A program made the translations under genes and the position numbers. This document shows positions 17,803 through 25,592 of a DNA stretch of 25,964 bases, piece by piece. Under the pieces are notes generated by a model, which searched no databases, was not told the origin of the DNA, and saw only the letters and a list, made by a program, of their open reading frames with translations. Source of the stretch: an uncultured bacterium (GTDB lineage Bacteria; Electryoneota; AABM5-125-24; Hatepunaeales; Hatepunaeaceae); NCBI GenBank assembly GCA_964387885.1, contig CAYLYZ010000084.1, forward strand, positions 1 to 25,964, in the 5' to 3' direction. Each line of letters opens with the position of its first letter. Positions within the stretch are counted from its first letter, which is position 1.

Positions 17803-18324
17803 CTAAAAGTCATCAACAATATTTAATCTATCTATCGGCAATGATAATATCTCATTATAAAATCCCTTTTTACTATTCTCAATAAACCAACCTGCAGAAC
17901 AAAACGGGTAATCCAGGGGATTTTCAACCAAACCATGTTTTACCGGATTGTAGATCACGTATTTCATTCTGGCAAAATAGCTTTTTTCATTGCTAATGCA
18001 AGTATCCCAGTATTGATACCAAATTCTCCTGCCCGGACAGTAATCTATCTTATTTACCAATCGCGAAGCCTGAGAATGTATTCTTTGAATTGTGTTCTTC
18101 AGAGGTTTAGAATCTTCAGTGGAACATGCAATCAGATGATAATGATTTGCAAACACTGCCCAGGCAAGTATTTGCCAGTTATATTCATCCAAAACGTCCA
18201 ATATAGTTTTAGTCAGGATTGATAACTTTTTTTCTGTGTTAAAGAATTTTGCTTTCTGGTAGGTACTTGCAGTGATTATATAAAACGAGTTGTGTTGAAA
18301 AATGTGTAAAGGTCTGTGAGACAT
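17803..18324 (-). CDS. REP-associated tyrosine transposase (RAYT; IS200/IS605-like HUH Y1 transposase)
   Basis: 173 aa with the HUH motif (ANHYHLI) and a C-terminal catalytic Tyr motif, YVIYNPVKHGLV. It is flanked by inverted REP copies. Confidence 0.75.
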   Translation of the reverse strand: MSHRPLHIFQHNSFYIITASTYQKAKFFNTEKKLSILTKTILDVLDEYNWQILAWAVFANHYHLIACSTEDSKPLKNTIQRIHSQASRLVNKIDYCPGRRIWYQYWDTCISNEKSYFARMKYVIYNPVKHGLVENPLDYPFCSAGWFIENSKKGFYNEILSLPIDRLNIVDDF

Positions 18325-18337
18325 TCTTATGTCCTTC

Positions 18338-18483
18338 TGGAGTGCTCAAGCCATGCTTGAGCGTTTGCGAAAATTATTCAAAACAAAAAGCTAAATTATG
18401 GAGTGTTCAAGCCATGCTTGAGCGTTTGCGAAAATTATGCAAAACTCCAATCTATTTGTGGAGTGCTCAAGCCATGCTTGAGC
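18338..18483 (+). repeat. Tandem ~62-bp repeats each beginning with a REP (copies 3, 4, 5)
   Basis: The units are GGAGTGCTCAAGCCATGCTTGAGCGTTTGCGAAAATTATTCAAAAC..., then GGAGTGTTCAAGCCATGCTTGAGCGTTTGCGAAAATTATGCAAAAC..., then GGAGTGCTCAAGCCATGCTTGAGC. Confidence 0.7.
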
Positions 18484-18564
18484 TTAAAAGAAATTAATCC
18501 GAAGTTTATATATAAATACAACTTAAATTTAACTACCACCCATCTTTCGAAGCTTCACTTCGAT

Positions 18565-18589
18565 GCTCAAACATGGCTTGAGCACTCCA
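18565..18589 (-). repeat. REP copy 6 (inverted), with adjacent CGAAGC-ttcac-TTCG second hairpin as in copy 1
   Basis: The reverse complement, GTGGAGTGCTCAAGCCATGTTTGAGCATCGAAGTGAAGCTTCGAAAG, aligns with copy 1 plus its second hairpin. Confidence 0.65.
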
Positions 18590-18668
18590 CAGATCACAAC
18601 ATCCTATCGAACCAAACTAACCGTCCTGACCACAGAAATCACTTGCTTTTCAACAGTGATTAGAAAAT

Positions 18669-20915
18669 TTATTGGTCTTCTTTCTCTTTTTTAGGGCTCT
18701 GTTTCCCGTTTGCCCAATCGTTCAGAAGATGTGCACCACGTTTTCTAACTTCCGGGTCATCAAACTTGATGAGTTGGTGAGCAATCCAAAATTTTAATTC
18801 ATCTTGTCTGATATATGTTCTAATATTAAAGGTCTCTCTTGCACATTTGATCCTGAAATCTCTATTTGGGTGATTATAGCACTTTATTAGAATCTTTTTA
18901 CTTAAATACCCGATTCTTATTCCAATACCAACAATCTCTCTTGCGATATGAAATGGAGAATCATCGAGAATATCTAATATTTTCTGTTCCGCATCTAATA
19001 TTTGTTCTCCTAATTCTCCAAGCTTATGATATGACCATTTAACAACTGGAAAATCTCCCTTATTCAAGTTATACAAAAAACCATAAAACGCTTTATCTCC
19101 CATCGAGTCGTACAGGTATTTGAATTGTATTCTGCCTTCTGAAATAGTATCTCTTTCGGTATCAATTCTAATCCAGGCAGAACTCACGAGCTTGAACAAT
19201 TTAAGTGAAAGCTCAGGTGAATCTTTTACTAGATTGTAGACAAGTGTTCTTGCTGGAAAATCCAGTGCATAAACCACAGCTAATTGATCCAGAAAAGGAA
19301 ATAGAAGTGAATCTGCAGTTGAATAATAGTTTTGGAGAAAAACCAAATCCTTATTGTCAAGATCATGCCTTAAGAAAAGGTTTTCAATTAGTAACTCAGA
19401 TGATTTTAGATTCTTCGGAAAAAATTCATTAAACAACTTCTGGTAAGCGAACTTTATTTTCCGGTCTTTTGATTTCAATGAATCAAGCACAATTTGATGT
19501 ATATCTGTCGTATCTTTGGCAATGTCAAATATATATTCCTTAAGCTGTTGTTTCATAATGCTGTCTTTATTTGAGTCATAATCAAACCTCATTGTCATGG
19601 TATAAATTAGTTTATCCAAAGAAGACCTTGATAATGTATCATTGAGCATTTTCAGGTATCTGAGACCCTCATAAAAACATGCTGATGGAATTAATTCTAT
19701 AACTGTATTAATTAACGGATGAGTTGATTCACCTATGGCAACGAGATCACGAAGTATCTTTTTTCTGGTTTCTGCATACTCAATATAGAATTGATTCGGA
19801 AATTCGTCGACATATTCTTCATCGCCATAGCTCAAGTCACAAATTACAGAATCACGATAATGGTTCCAATCAGATTCTACTATTCTACCAATGAGAATCT
19901 CATTGATATGTGGTAAAAGCGAATCAATTCTTGAATGCTCAATTTTCATTAGCGTGATTAGAAAATCAATTCTCGGTAAATCTGCGATCCCGTCGAGTTT
20001 GATAAGTTCCTGTACAGTGCTTTGTGCAGACGCACCCATGTTTCCAAGAACTCTTAGGGCAAAAGTGATCTCTTCAGTCGTCCCTGATTTCAACTTTCTA
20101 AAAAGAAAATCGATTTTATCCGAGGAAGTCTCATTTGAAATATAAAGTTCTTTTAGGAAAATGTAGTCTCTGTAATCTACTCCACTTAAGAAATCGAAGA
20201 TCACTCGAATTGCTCTATCGTGGGTATCAACAGTTATACTGTCAATCTCTACAATTCCCGTGCTATCGCTAAAATAAAATACAGAAAAGAATTCATAAAT
20301 ATCCATGTCATAAAAATTTCTAAATTTCTCATCTGAAAGCTGATAAAAATCATTAAGTGCCTTTGTTGCTAATGGATTATTGTAGTTTATAATAAAAGTT
20401 TTTCTGAGATTTTTGACGACATCAGGCTCTGAGAGATCATATCCGGAAAACGAGTTAATTTCTTCCTTATAATAAACATCGAGCAAATCTTCGTTCAGGA
20501 CATCTTTGCCATTTAGCTTAAAAAATAAGTTTATAGCATGAACACTATATCCTGAGTATTTTGCGATGTTATTAACAATAATTCTGTGGAGTTCGGGATC
20601 AGGTTCTCCGGATAATTGTTTTAGTATTGTAAGTGATTCCGGAAAAAACTCCTCTTCACCGAGGAGTTCCATTGCCGGTTTTCGAAGTTCATCCTCTTTG
20701 TCTAAGGCAATTGAGAATATTAACTCTTTATAATAGTCTGAATTTTCTTTAATGTGTTTAAGGGCTTGATATTTCAGCTGATCATTACTTTTAACGGCAG
20801 CGATATATTCTCTTTGAGTTAGGTGATTCATTGGTTGCCCTTTGCAATCAACTGAAAAAATAACCACAGTTAGAAAAAGAAGTGCTTTCTTCAATCCTTG
20901 ATTTTTTAATCTCAT
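18669..20915 (-). CDS. Hypothetical secreted protein (748 aa), AT-rich, no recognisable domain
   Basis: Signal peptide MRLKNQGLKKALLFLTVVIFSVDCKGQ. The composition is Lys/Asp/Phe/Tyr/Ile-rich and predicted alpha-helical. Coding is plausible because the ORF is long with an AAGGTG SD. Codon usage is visibly more AT-rich than neighbouring genes. Confidence 0.55.
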   Translation of the reverse strand: MRLKNQGLKKALLFLTVVIFSVDCKGQPMNHLTQREYIAAVKSNDQLKYQALKHIKENSDYYKELIFSIALDKEDELRKPAMELLGEEEFFPESLTILKQLSGEPDPELHRIIVNNIAKYSGYSVHAINLFFKLNGKDVLNEDLLDVYYKEEINSFSGYDLSEPDVVKNLRKTFIINYNNPLATKALNDFYQLSDEKFRNFYDMDIYEFFSVFYFSDSTGIVEIDSITVDTHDRAIRVIFDFLSGVDYRDYIFLKELYISNETSSDKIDFLFRKLKSGTTEEITFALRVLGNMGASAQSTVQELIKLDGIADLPRIDFLITLMKIEHSRIDSLLPHINEILIGRIVESDWNHYRDSVICDLSYGDEEYVDEFPNQFYIEYAETRKKILRDLVAIGESTHPLINTVIELIPSACFYEGLRYLKMLNDTLSRSSLDKLIYTMTMRFDYDSNKDSIMKQQLKEYIFDIAKDTTDIHQIVLDSLKSKDRKIKFAYQKLFNEFFPKNLKSSELLIENLFLRHDLDNKDLVFLQNYYSTADSLLFPFLDQLAVVYALDFPARTLVYNLVKDSPELSLKLFKLVSSAWIRIDTERDTISEGRIQFKYLYDSMGDKAFYGFLYNLNKGDFPVVKWSYHKLGELGEQILDAEQKILDILDDSPFHIAREIVGIGIRIGYLSKKILIKCYNHPNRDFRIKCARETFNIRTYIRQDELKFWIAHQLIKFDDPEVRKRGAHLLNDWANGKQSPKKEKEDQ

Positions 20916-21360
20916 TCAAATCACCTTAAAGAAATCATTTTTTCACTCCTGTTATTTCCGAATACTAAACTGAACATACGTCGCGTGGCATAGTCTGGCT
21001 TGCCCAGACATGATTCATATATTTAAAAATAACCGATTTCGGCAGATCGTTATCAGCCCTAAAAGACTTTTAATGACTCGTGTCCGTATGAGCAGATACA
21101 CCACCCATATTGCAATTTAGAGCACAAATGAAGAATTAGCAAATGTGTACAGGAGGCAAATAGTAAATGCCCATCGGGGAAGTAAATATCGACCGTCTCG
21201 TACTTATCAACCCTTGCAAGCTGTACGGAAATGTAAATTCCCAACCTGCAAACAGACTGTCTTGGAATGCCGAATAGAGTGCCCGACATGCATCCCCGCC
21301 TGATAAAAAAACAACCACTTATACACCCGAACACCACATCACTTGGTCTCCTGGTCACAT

Positions 21361-21510
21361 ATTTCCGTCATTTCCATTACCTTTTTGTCACTGCCGTTAC
21401 TTATTTGCTATTTTCGTTACTTTTCATCAACATCGTCACATTTCCGTCACACCCTCTATCCCATACCCACAACCGCTTTCCGCAAATTGTGTGACGATGT
21501 GACGGAAATT
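21361..21510. promoter_or_regulatory. Array of GTCAC/GTTAC/GTGAC half-sites with interleaved inverted repeats (ATCGTCACA...TGTGACGAT; TTTCCGTCAC...GTGACGGAAA)
   Basis: TTTCCGTCA occurs at 21362, TTGTCAC at 21386, CGTTAC at 21395 and 21415, and ATCGTCACATTTCCGTCAC at 21432-21450. TGTGACGATGTGACGGAAAT lies at 21490-21509, so the two inverted pairs are each about 59 bp apart. Confidence 0.35.
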
Positions 21511-21549
21511 TTCACCTACCCCATACTTTCCTTTACTTTGTGATGAAAC

Positions 21550-21578
21550 TTGACTTTTTCAAAATTATGTTGTATATT
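21550..21578 (+). promoter_or_regulatory. Near-consensus sigma70-type promoter (TTGACT-17 nt-TATATT with TG immediately upstream of -10)
   Basis: TTGACT is at 21550-21555 and TATATT at 21573-21578. There is no + strand ORF downstream; the downstream 200 nt contain three hairpins. Confidence 0.35.
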
Positions 21579-21653
21579 GTCTACATATTTTTCGTATATA
21601 TCATGAAAAGTCACGAACTTAGTAGCAATGTCTTGAAAGAAATTACAAATATG

Positions 21654-21683
21654 CGCAGGGGCAATTCGTGAATTGCCCATGCG
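21654..21683. repeat. GC-rich hairpin CGCAGGGGCAATTCgtGAATTGCCCATGCG (GGGCR..YGCCC family)
   Basis: 9-bp core stem plus a 4-bp outer extension with one G.A mismatch. Confidence 0.5.
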
Positions 21684-21708
21684 GGAATGGAAATATTGAC
21701 AGGGAAGA

Positions 21709-21728
21709 GGGCACGTAGCAACGTGCCC
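21709..21728. repeat. GC-rich hairpin GGGCACGT-agca-ACGTGCCC
   Basis: Perfect 8-bp stem, 25 nt downstream of the previous hairpin; the paired arrangement matches the other two sites. Confidence 0.5.
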
Positions 21729-21730
21729 GT

Positions 21731-21767
21731 ACAAAAATAAAGCTGGCAGACGAGAACGCCTGCCAGC
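21731..21767 (-). terminator. Probable Rho-independent terminator of the tricorn-like protease gene (minus strand)
   Basis: On the minus strand the hairpin CTGGCAG-gcgttctcgt-CTGCCAG is followed by CTTTATTTTTGT. It lies about 145 nt after the stop at 21913. Confidence 0.5.
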
Positions 21768-21912
21768 ACAAAAAGTCAATTTTCCAAAAACACCGTTCGA
21801 ATTGCTAACTCACAAAGTTAAAATTCAGATAACAACAAAAAAATCCGTTAAATCCAATTAATCAGTTGTGAATAATAAACTTGCGAACTTGAAAACTTGT
21901 AAACTTTCAAAC

Positions 21913-24900
21913 CTACCGATCAAACCTACTCCGATCCGGATAGGGGGGAGGGTCAGGTATAGGCATTGGTTCGGTTTCCAACTTATTGAGCAGATAGTCA
22001 ATCGTCGCATCAAGCTGCGGATCTTTGCCGTCGAACTCGGCTGTGGGGTGTTCCTTGACTATGATGTCGGGATCGGTTCCCCAGCCTTCGATACGGTAGC
22101 TGCCGTTCAAGTTCCAGCCGGTGAACTCGGGCTGGGTCAAGCCGCCGCGGTCAACCAGCGGTTTATCACCGCGGATTCCTACCCAGCCGCCCCAGGTGCG
22201 GGTGCCGATGACGGGACCGAGTTTCATGTCCTTAAAGCCGTCTGTGAATGTTTCTCCGTCTGAGCCTGTCTCGCCATTGCATACTGCAGCCATGTGGCCG
22301 TAGAATGCTGTTCCCGGTCCTCTATAGGTCGCTCCGTGCCGAGGACGACCTACTGAAACCAATTGCCGTCCCAGATGGGACAGGATCATTTCTGCTACAA
22401 ATCCGCCGCCATTGTAGCGGACATCCATAATCAAAGCCGGTTTCCGGTGCTGTGGTTGGTAGGCTGCTGTGAATTGCGACAGACCAAAACCACCCATGTT
22501 AGAGAGGTGGATGTAGCCGATTTTGCCATCGCTCTTTTCAGATACATATTCCTGCCTGCCGTCGACCCACTCCCAGTAACGTAATCCGCGTTCGATGCCA
22601 AGTGGTTTGATTACGATCTCATGACTGCCTTTTGCTTCAGGCTTCGAGTTGATCGCCAAACTGGTGATCTTGTTCGCACGGTTGACTAGCAGTTCAAAGA
22701 TGGTTGTGGATTCTAATACTGATCGTCCGTTGACAGCGATTATGTAGTCTCCATTTTGAACTTTGACACCTGGTTCTGCGAGCGGACTGCTCAATCCCTC
22801 TTCCCACGGCCTACCCTTGATGATACGGTCGATACGATAGTATCCGCTCTTGTGATGACTGATGTCAGCACCGAGCAATCCGGTTGGGTGTCTTTCCGGA
22901 CGTCGCTGATCACCACCGCCGACGTAAGTATGCGAGCAGTTCAATTCAGCAAACATCTCGCCGATCAGATCATTCAGTTCGTCACGGGTGGAAATCCTGT
23001 CTGCAAGTGCGTTATACTTGTCGTATTCCGCCTGCCAATCGACCCGGTGCATATCAGGCGTCCAGAAGAAATCACGTTGGAAACGCCAGGATTCGCGGAA
23101 CATCTGTTTCCATTCCGGACGAACTTCGACGCGTAAATCCCAGCCTTTCAGGTTAACTTTCTGTTTCTCTTCCGCATCTTCAAATCCTTCTGCATCAATA
23201 CCCTTTACAATGAACTCACCATCTTTGTAAACCATCAACTTTTCACCTTCGATGGAGATATCATAGCCCCTGATACCTTTTGCGAGTATCTTGTGTTTCT
23301 TTCGCTTGAGGTTGAACTTATGGAGAGGTGAACCTTTAGGTCGCTTTTCGTGTTTTGACCGGTTGAACATGCCTCGGTTTTGGTGGGACATGTAAAACAC
23401 GTTGTTTTTGACTGCGTTCAAGCTGTGATAGTTTCCGGGAGCAATGGGGAAGGGGACTAAACGATCAACCAGACCGTCAAAGTCGATTTCAACTTTCACG
23501 ACTTCCTTCTTTTCCTTTTTTCCCTTTTTGCCTTTTTTCCCTCTCTTCCCCCTTTTACCCTTTTTCCCGTCTTCACCATCGTCATCTTCCCCGTCTTCAT
23601 CCCACTCGTCGTCACCGCCTGCAGGATCAGCTTCGGATAAGAAGGGTGATTCAGTCTCATCAGTCAACATCACAGCGTATAACATCGTTCGTCGGTCGAG
23701 GATGTAGGTCATCTCTTTTCCGTCAAGATGGGGATTTGCTACACGGTCAGACAGGAAATACAGATATTTGCCTTCAGGATCAAATACAGGGTTGTAGCTG
23801 CTGGTATAGTCATCAGTTACAGCGTAAGTCTCATGTGATTTCGAGTCCCAGATCCATACAGTATTGTTGTAATTTGGTTCCGGGCGTGAATAGGTGAGGA
23901 AACGCCCATCTCCCGACCAGCGATAATTCCTTATTTCCCAGGATCCCTGATCGACGATTTCCTTTTTCCCCGATTTCAGATCCATAACAATAAGCTGCTG
24001 TTCTTCATTTGTGTAGGCAATAGTTTTCCCATCCGGTGAAGGAACTGGTGGAAAATTCCAACCCATGTTGTCGTCACCGATAATGCTCCGGTCTCCACCT
24101 TTTGCCGGGATTCGGTACAACACTTCTTCACCGGTTTCATCTGCCCAGAAGAAAATCTCCTCACCATCAGCAGACCAATTAGGGAATTTCTCGCGTACTC
24201 CGGAATCGAAAGTCAACTGCCTTATTAATCCCTCACCTTTTGTTGGTGCTGTAAATAACTCACCTCTTGCACAGAACAGAACACGCTTTCCGTCTGGTGA
24301 TAAAGAGTAGTTTGACATATATTTCTTTGGATCGACATATTTGACTCTTGCCTGAACACGATCAGTAGGGAGATCAATTGGGATAATCTTTGATTTTCCG
24401 GTCTTGACATTGTACACATAGATGTCCATCCCGTTCTGGTAAACAATCTGATCACCGAACATTGCCGGCCAGCGGACATCGAAATCAGCGTATTTAGTTT
24501 GCTGAACCAAATCGCTGCCATCAGGTTTCATTGACCAGATGTTTGCACGGGTGTCACGATCGGTCAGGTAGTAGATCCGTCCGTTATTATGCCACATTGG
24601 GAATGCATCAGTTCCATCCCAGTCGTTTATTGAGGGATTGTCAGTAAGGTTTACAAATTCGTCGGTTTTCAGGTTCCCAACCCAGATATCCTGCGCCCAG
24701 CCGCCCTTATAGCGCTTCCAGTGACGGAATTCACGTGAATAACGGTTGAAAGCTATGCGGTTGCCATTGGGTTCGTAACTGATCAGGGAAGCTTTGGTTA
24801 TTCTGATCCCTTCGGGAAATGATCCATCCGGTGAAACCTTATAGATCCGATAACCTCGAAAAGGGATTTCACGAGATGACCTGAACAATATCTGACCATC

Positions 24901-25275
24901 TGGCGACCAGCCCACAACCTGTTCTCGATCAGGGTGGAATGTTAACCGGCGCGGTTCTCCTCCTGAAACAGGCATGACATACACATCATCATTACCATCG
25001 TCCTGACCGCTGAATGCGATTTGTTTGCCATCCGGTGAGATGTGTGCGAAACGCTCATCACCCTCATGCGTTGTTAATCTGACTGCTGTTCCACCATCAA
25101 TCGGAACTCGCCAGAGGTCACCTTCAGAAGTGAATATAACGTCTTCGCCATTGGTGTGCGGATAGCGGAAGAAACCCGGTGTATCGGAGGAGAATACCGG
25201 GATTGTAACTAAAAAAATAAAAGCAATGATAATCATTGCCTGAGTTTGTAGATTGGATTTTCCTGACGCTCTCAT
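21913..25275 (-). CDS. Tricorn protease homologue (peptidase S41B): N-terminal beta-propellers, PDZ, C-terminal S41 domain; secreted
   Basis: The N-terminus DVIFTSEGDLWRVPIDGGTAVRLTTHEGDERFAHISPDGKQIAFSG...DVYVMPVSGGEPRRLTFHP is tricorn-like, with PD40/TolB-like repeats. The C-terminus has DVRYNGGG, GETGSDGE and TRTWGG motifs of the S41 domain. Signal peptide is MIIIAFIFLVTIPVFSS; an alternative start lies at 25236. Confidence 0.75.
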   Translation of the reverse strand: MRASGKSNLQTQAMIIIAFIFLVTIPVFSSDTPGFFRYPHTNGEDVIFTSEGDLWRVPIDGGTAVRLTTHEGDERFAHISPDGKQIAFSGQDDGNDDVYVMPVSGGEPRRLTFHPDREQVVGWSPDGQILFRSSREIPFRGYRIYKVSPDGSFPEGIRITKASLISYEPNGNRIAFNRYSREFRHWKRYKGGWAQDIWVGNLKTDEFVNLTDNPSINDWDGTDAFPMWHNNGRIYYLTDRDTRANIWSMKPDGSDLVQQTKYADFDVRWPAMFGDQIVYQNGMDIYVYNVKTGKSKIIPIDLPTDRVQARVKYVDPKKYMSNYSLSPDGKRVLFCARGELFTAPTKGEGLIRQLTFDSGVREKFPNWSADGEEIFFWADETGEEVLYRIPAKGGDRSIIGDDNMGWNFPPVPSPDGKTIAYTNEEQQLIVMDLKSGKKEIVDQGSWEIRNYRWSGDGRFLTYSRPEPNYNNTVWIWDSKSHETYAVTDDYTSSYNPVFDPEGKYLYFLSDRVANPHLDGKEMTYILDRRTMLYAVMLTDETESPFLSEADPAGGDDEWDEDGEDDDGEDGKKGKRGKRGKKGKKGKKEKKEVVKVEIDFDGLVDRLVPFPIAPGNYHSLNAVKNNVFYMSHQNRGMFNRSKHEKRPKGSPLHKFNLKRKKHKILAKGIRGYDISIEGEKLMVYKDGEFIVKGIDAEGFEDAEEKQKVNLKGWDLRVEVRPEWKQMFRESWRFQRDFFWTPDMHRVDWQAEYDKYNALADRISTRDELNDLIGEMFAELNCSHTYVGGGDQRRPERHPTGLLGADISHHKSGYYRIDRIIKGRPWEEGLSSPLAEPGVKVQNGDYIIAVNGRSVLESTTIFELLVNRANKITSLAINSKPEAKGSHEIVIKPLGIERGLRYWEWVDGRQEYVSEKSDGKIGYIHLSNMGGFGLSQFTAAYQPQHRKPALIMDVRYNGGGFVAEMILSHLGRQLVSVGRPRHGATYRGPGTAFYGHMAAVCNGETGSDGETFTDGFKDMKLGPVIGTRTWGGWVGIRGDKPLVDRGGLTQPEFTGWNLNGSYRIEGWGTDPDIIVKEHPTAEFDGKDPQLDATIDYLLNKLETEPMPIPDPPPYPDRSRFDR

Positions 25276-25340
25276 TTAAGACCTCTTGATGTGCTTATTG
25301 CCTCAAACTGGCGGGTTATGAATAGTGTTTATAGTTCAAA

Positions 25341-25373
25341 ACAACAAAAGGGGCTGTTAACACAGCCCCTTTT
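25341..25373 (-). terminator. Rho-independent terminator of rpmE (structure symmetric/bidirectional)
   Basis: AAAAGGGGCTGT-taac-ACAGCCCCTTTT has a perfect 12-bp stem. On the minus strand it is followed by TTTTGTTGTTTT. Confidence 0.7.
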
Positions 25374-25385
25374 GAAAAATCATGA

Positions 25386-25592
25386 CTACTTCTTGTTGAG
25401 ATTGTATTTCTGGTAGTATTTCTCAACTCGCCCAGCAGTGTCAACCAGTTTCTGTTTTCCAGTGTAAAACGGATGGCATTCTGAGCATATTTCGACCTTA
25501 ATCTCACCAACCGCGGTGCGGGTTTCGAAAGTGTTACCGCATGCACAGCTGATTTTTGCAAGATTATAAACCGGGTGTATTCCTTCTTTCAT
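25386..25592 (-). CDS. rpmE: 50S ribosomal protein L31
   Basis: [26 protein letters not shown]...[12 protein letters not shown] carries the L31 signature, including the Zn-ribbon Cys pairs. Confidence 0.85.
   Translation of the reverse strand: MKEGIHPVYNLAKISCACGNTFETRTAVGEIKVEICSECHPFYTGKQKLVDTAGRVEKYYQKYNLNKK

Larger units (their letters stand above)
17667..18589. mobile_element. REPtron: RAYT gene with flanking REP array (6 copies)
   Basis: REP copies lie at 17667, 17771(rc), 18338, 18399, 18459 and 18565(rc). Copies 3-5 sit inside roughly 62-bp tandem repeats. Confidence 0.7.

Noticed and set aside
17621-17806. 61-aa + strand ORF and the 86-aa ORF at 18403-18663
   Set aside because: Both run straight through REP palindromes and tandem repeats, producing the repeated peptide segments (SAQAWLEHS). 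They are artefacts of the repeat array, not genes.
18338-18483. Possible CRISPR array (repeated ~25-nt palindromes with ~35-nt spacers)
   Set aside because: There are only three direct copies, and the spacers are themselves repeated (GTTTGCGAAAATTAT(T/G)CAAAAC). The repeat matches the inverted REPs flanking a RAYT gene, and there are no cas genes. It is a REP/tandem-repeat array, not CRISPR.
21059-21358. 99-aa Cys-rich minus-strand ORF in the 1-kb non-coding region
   Set aside because: It has no SD and an odd composition (C/G/F/R rich with irregular hydrophobic runs). It overlaps the opposite-strand ORF 21267-21494. It is more likely non-coding, so I treated the region as a regulatory or possible RNA locus instead.
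22121-23230. Multiple 60-126-aa + strand ORFs inside the tricorn-like gene
   Set aside because: They are antisense to a 1120-aa ORF with clear tricorn/S41 homology throughout, so they are GC-driven spurious frames.
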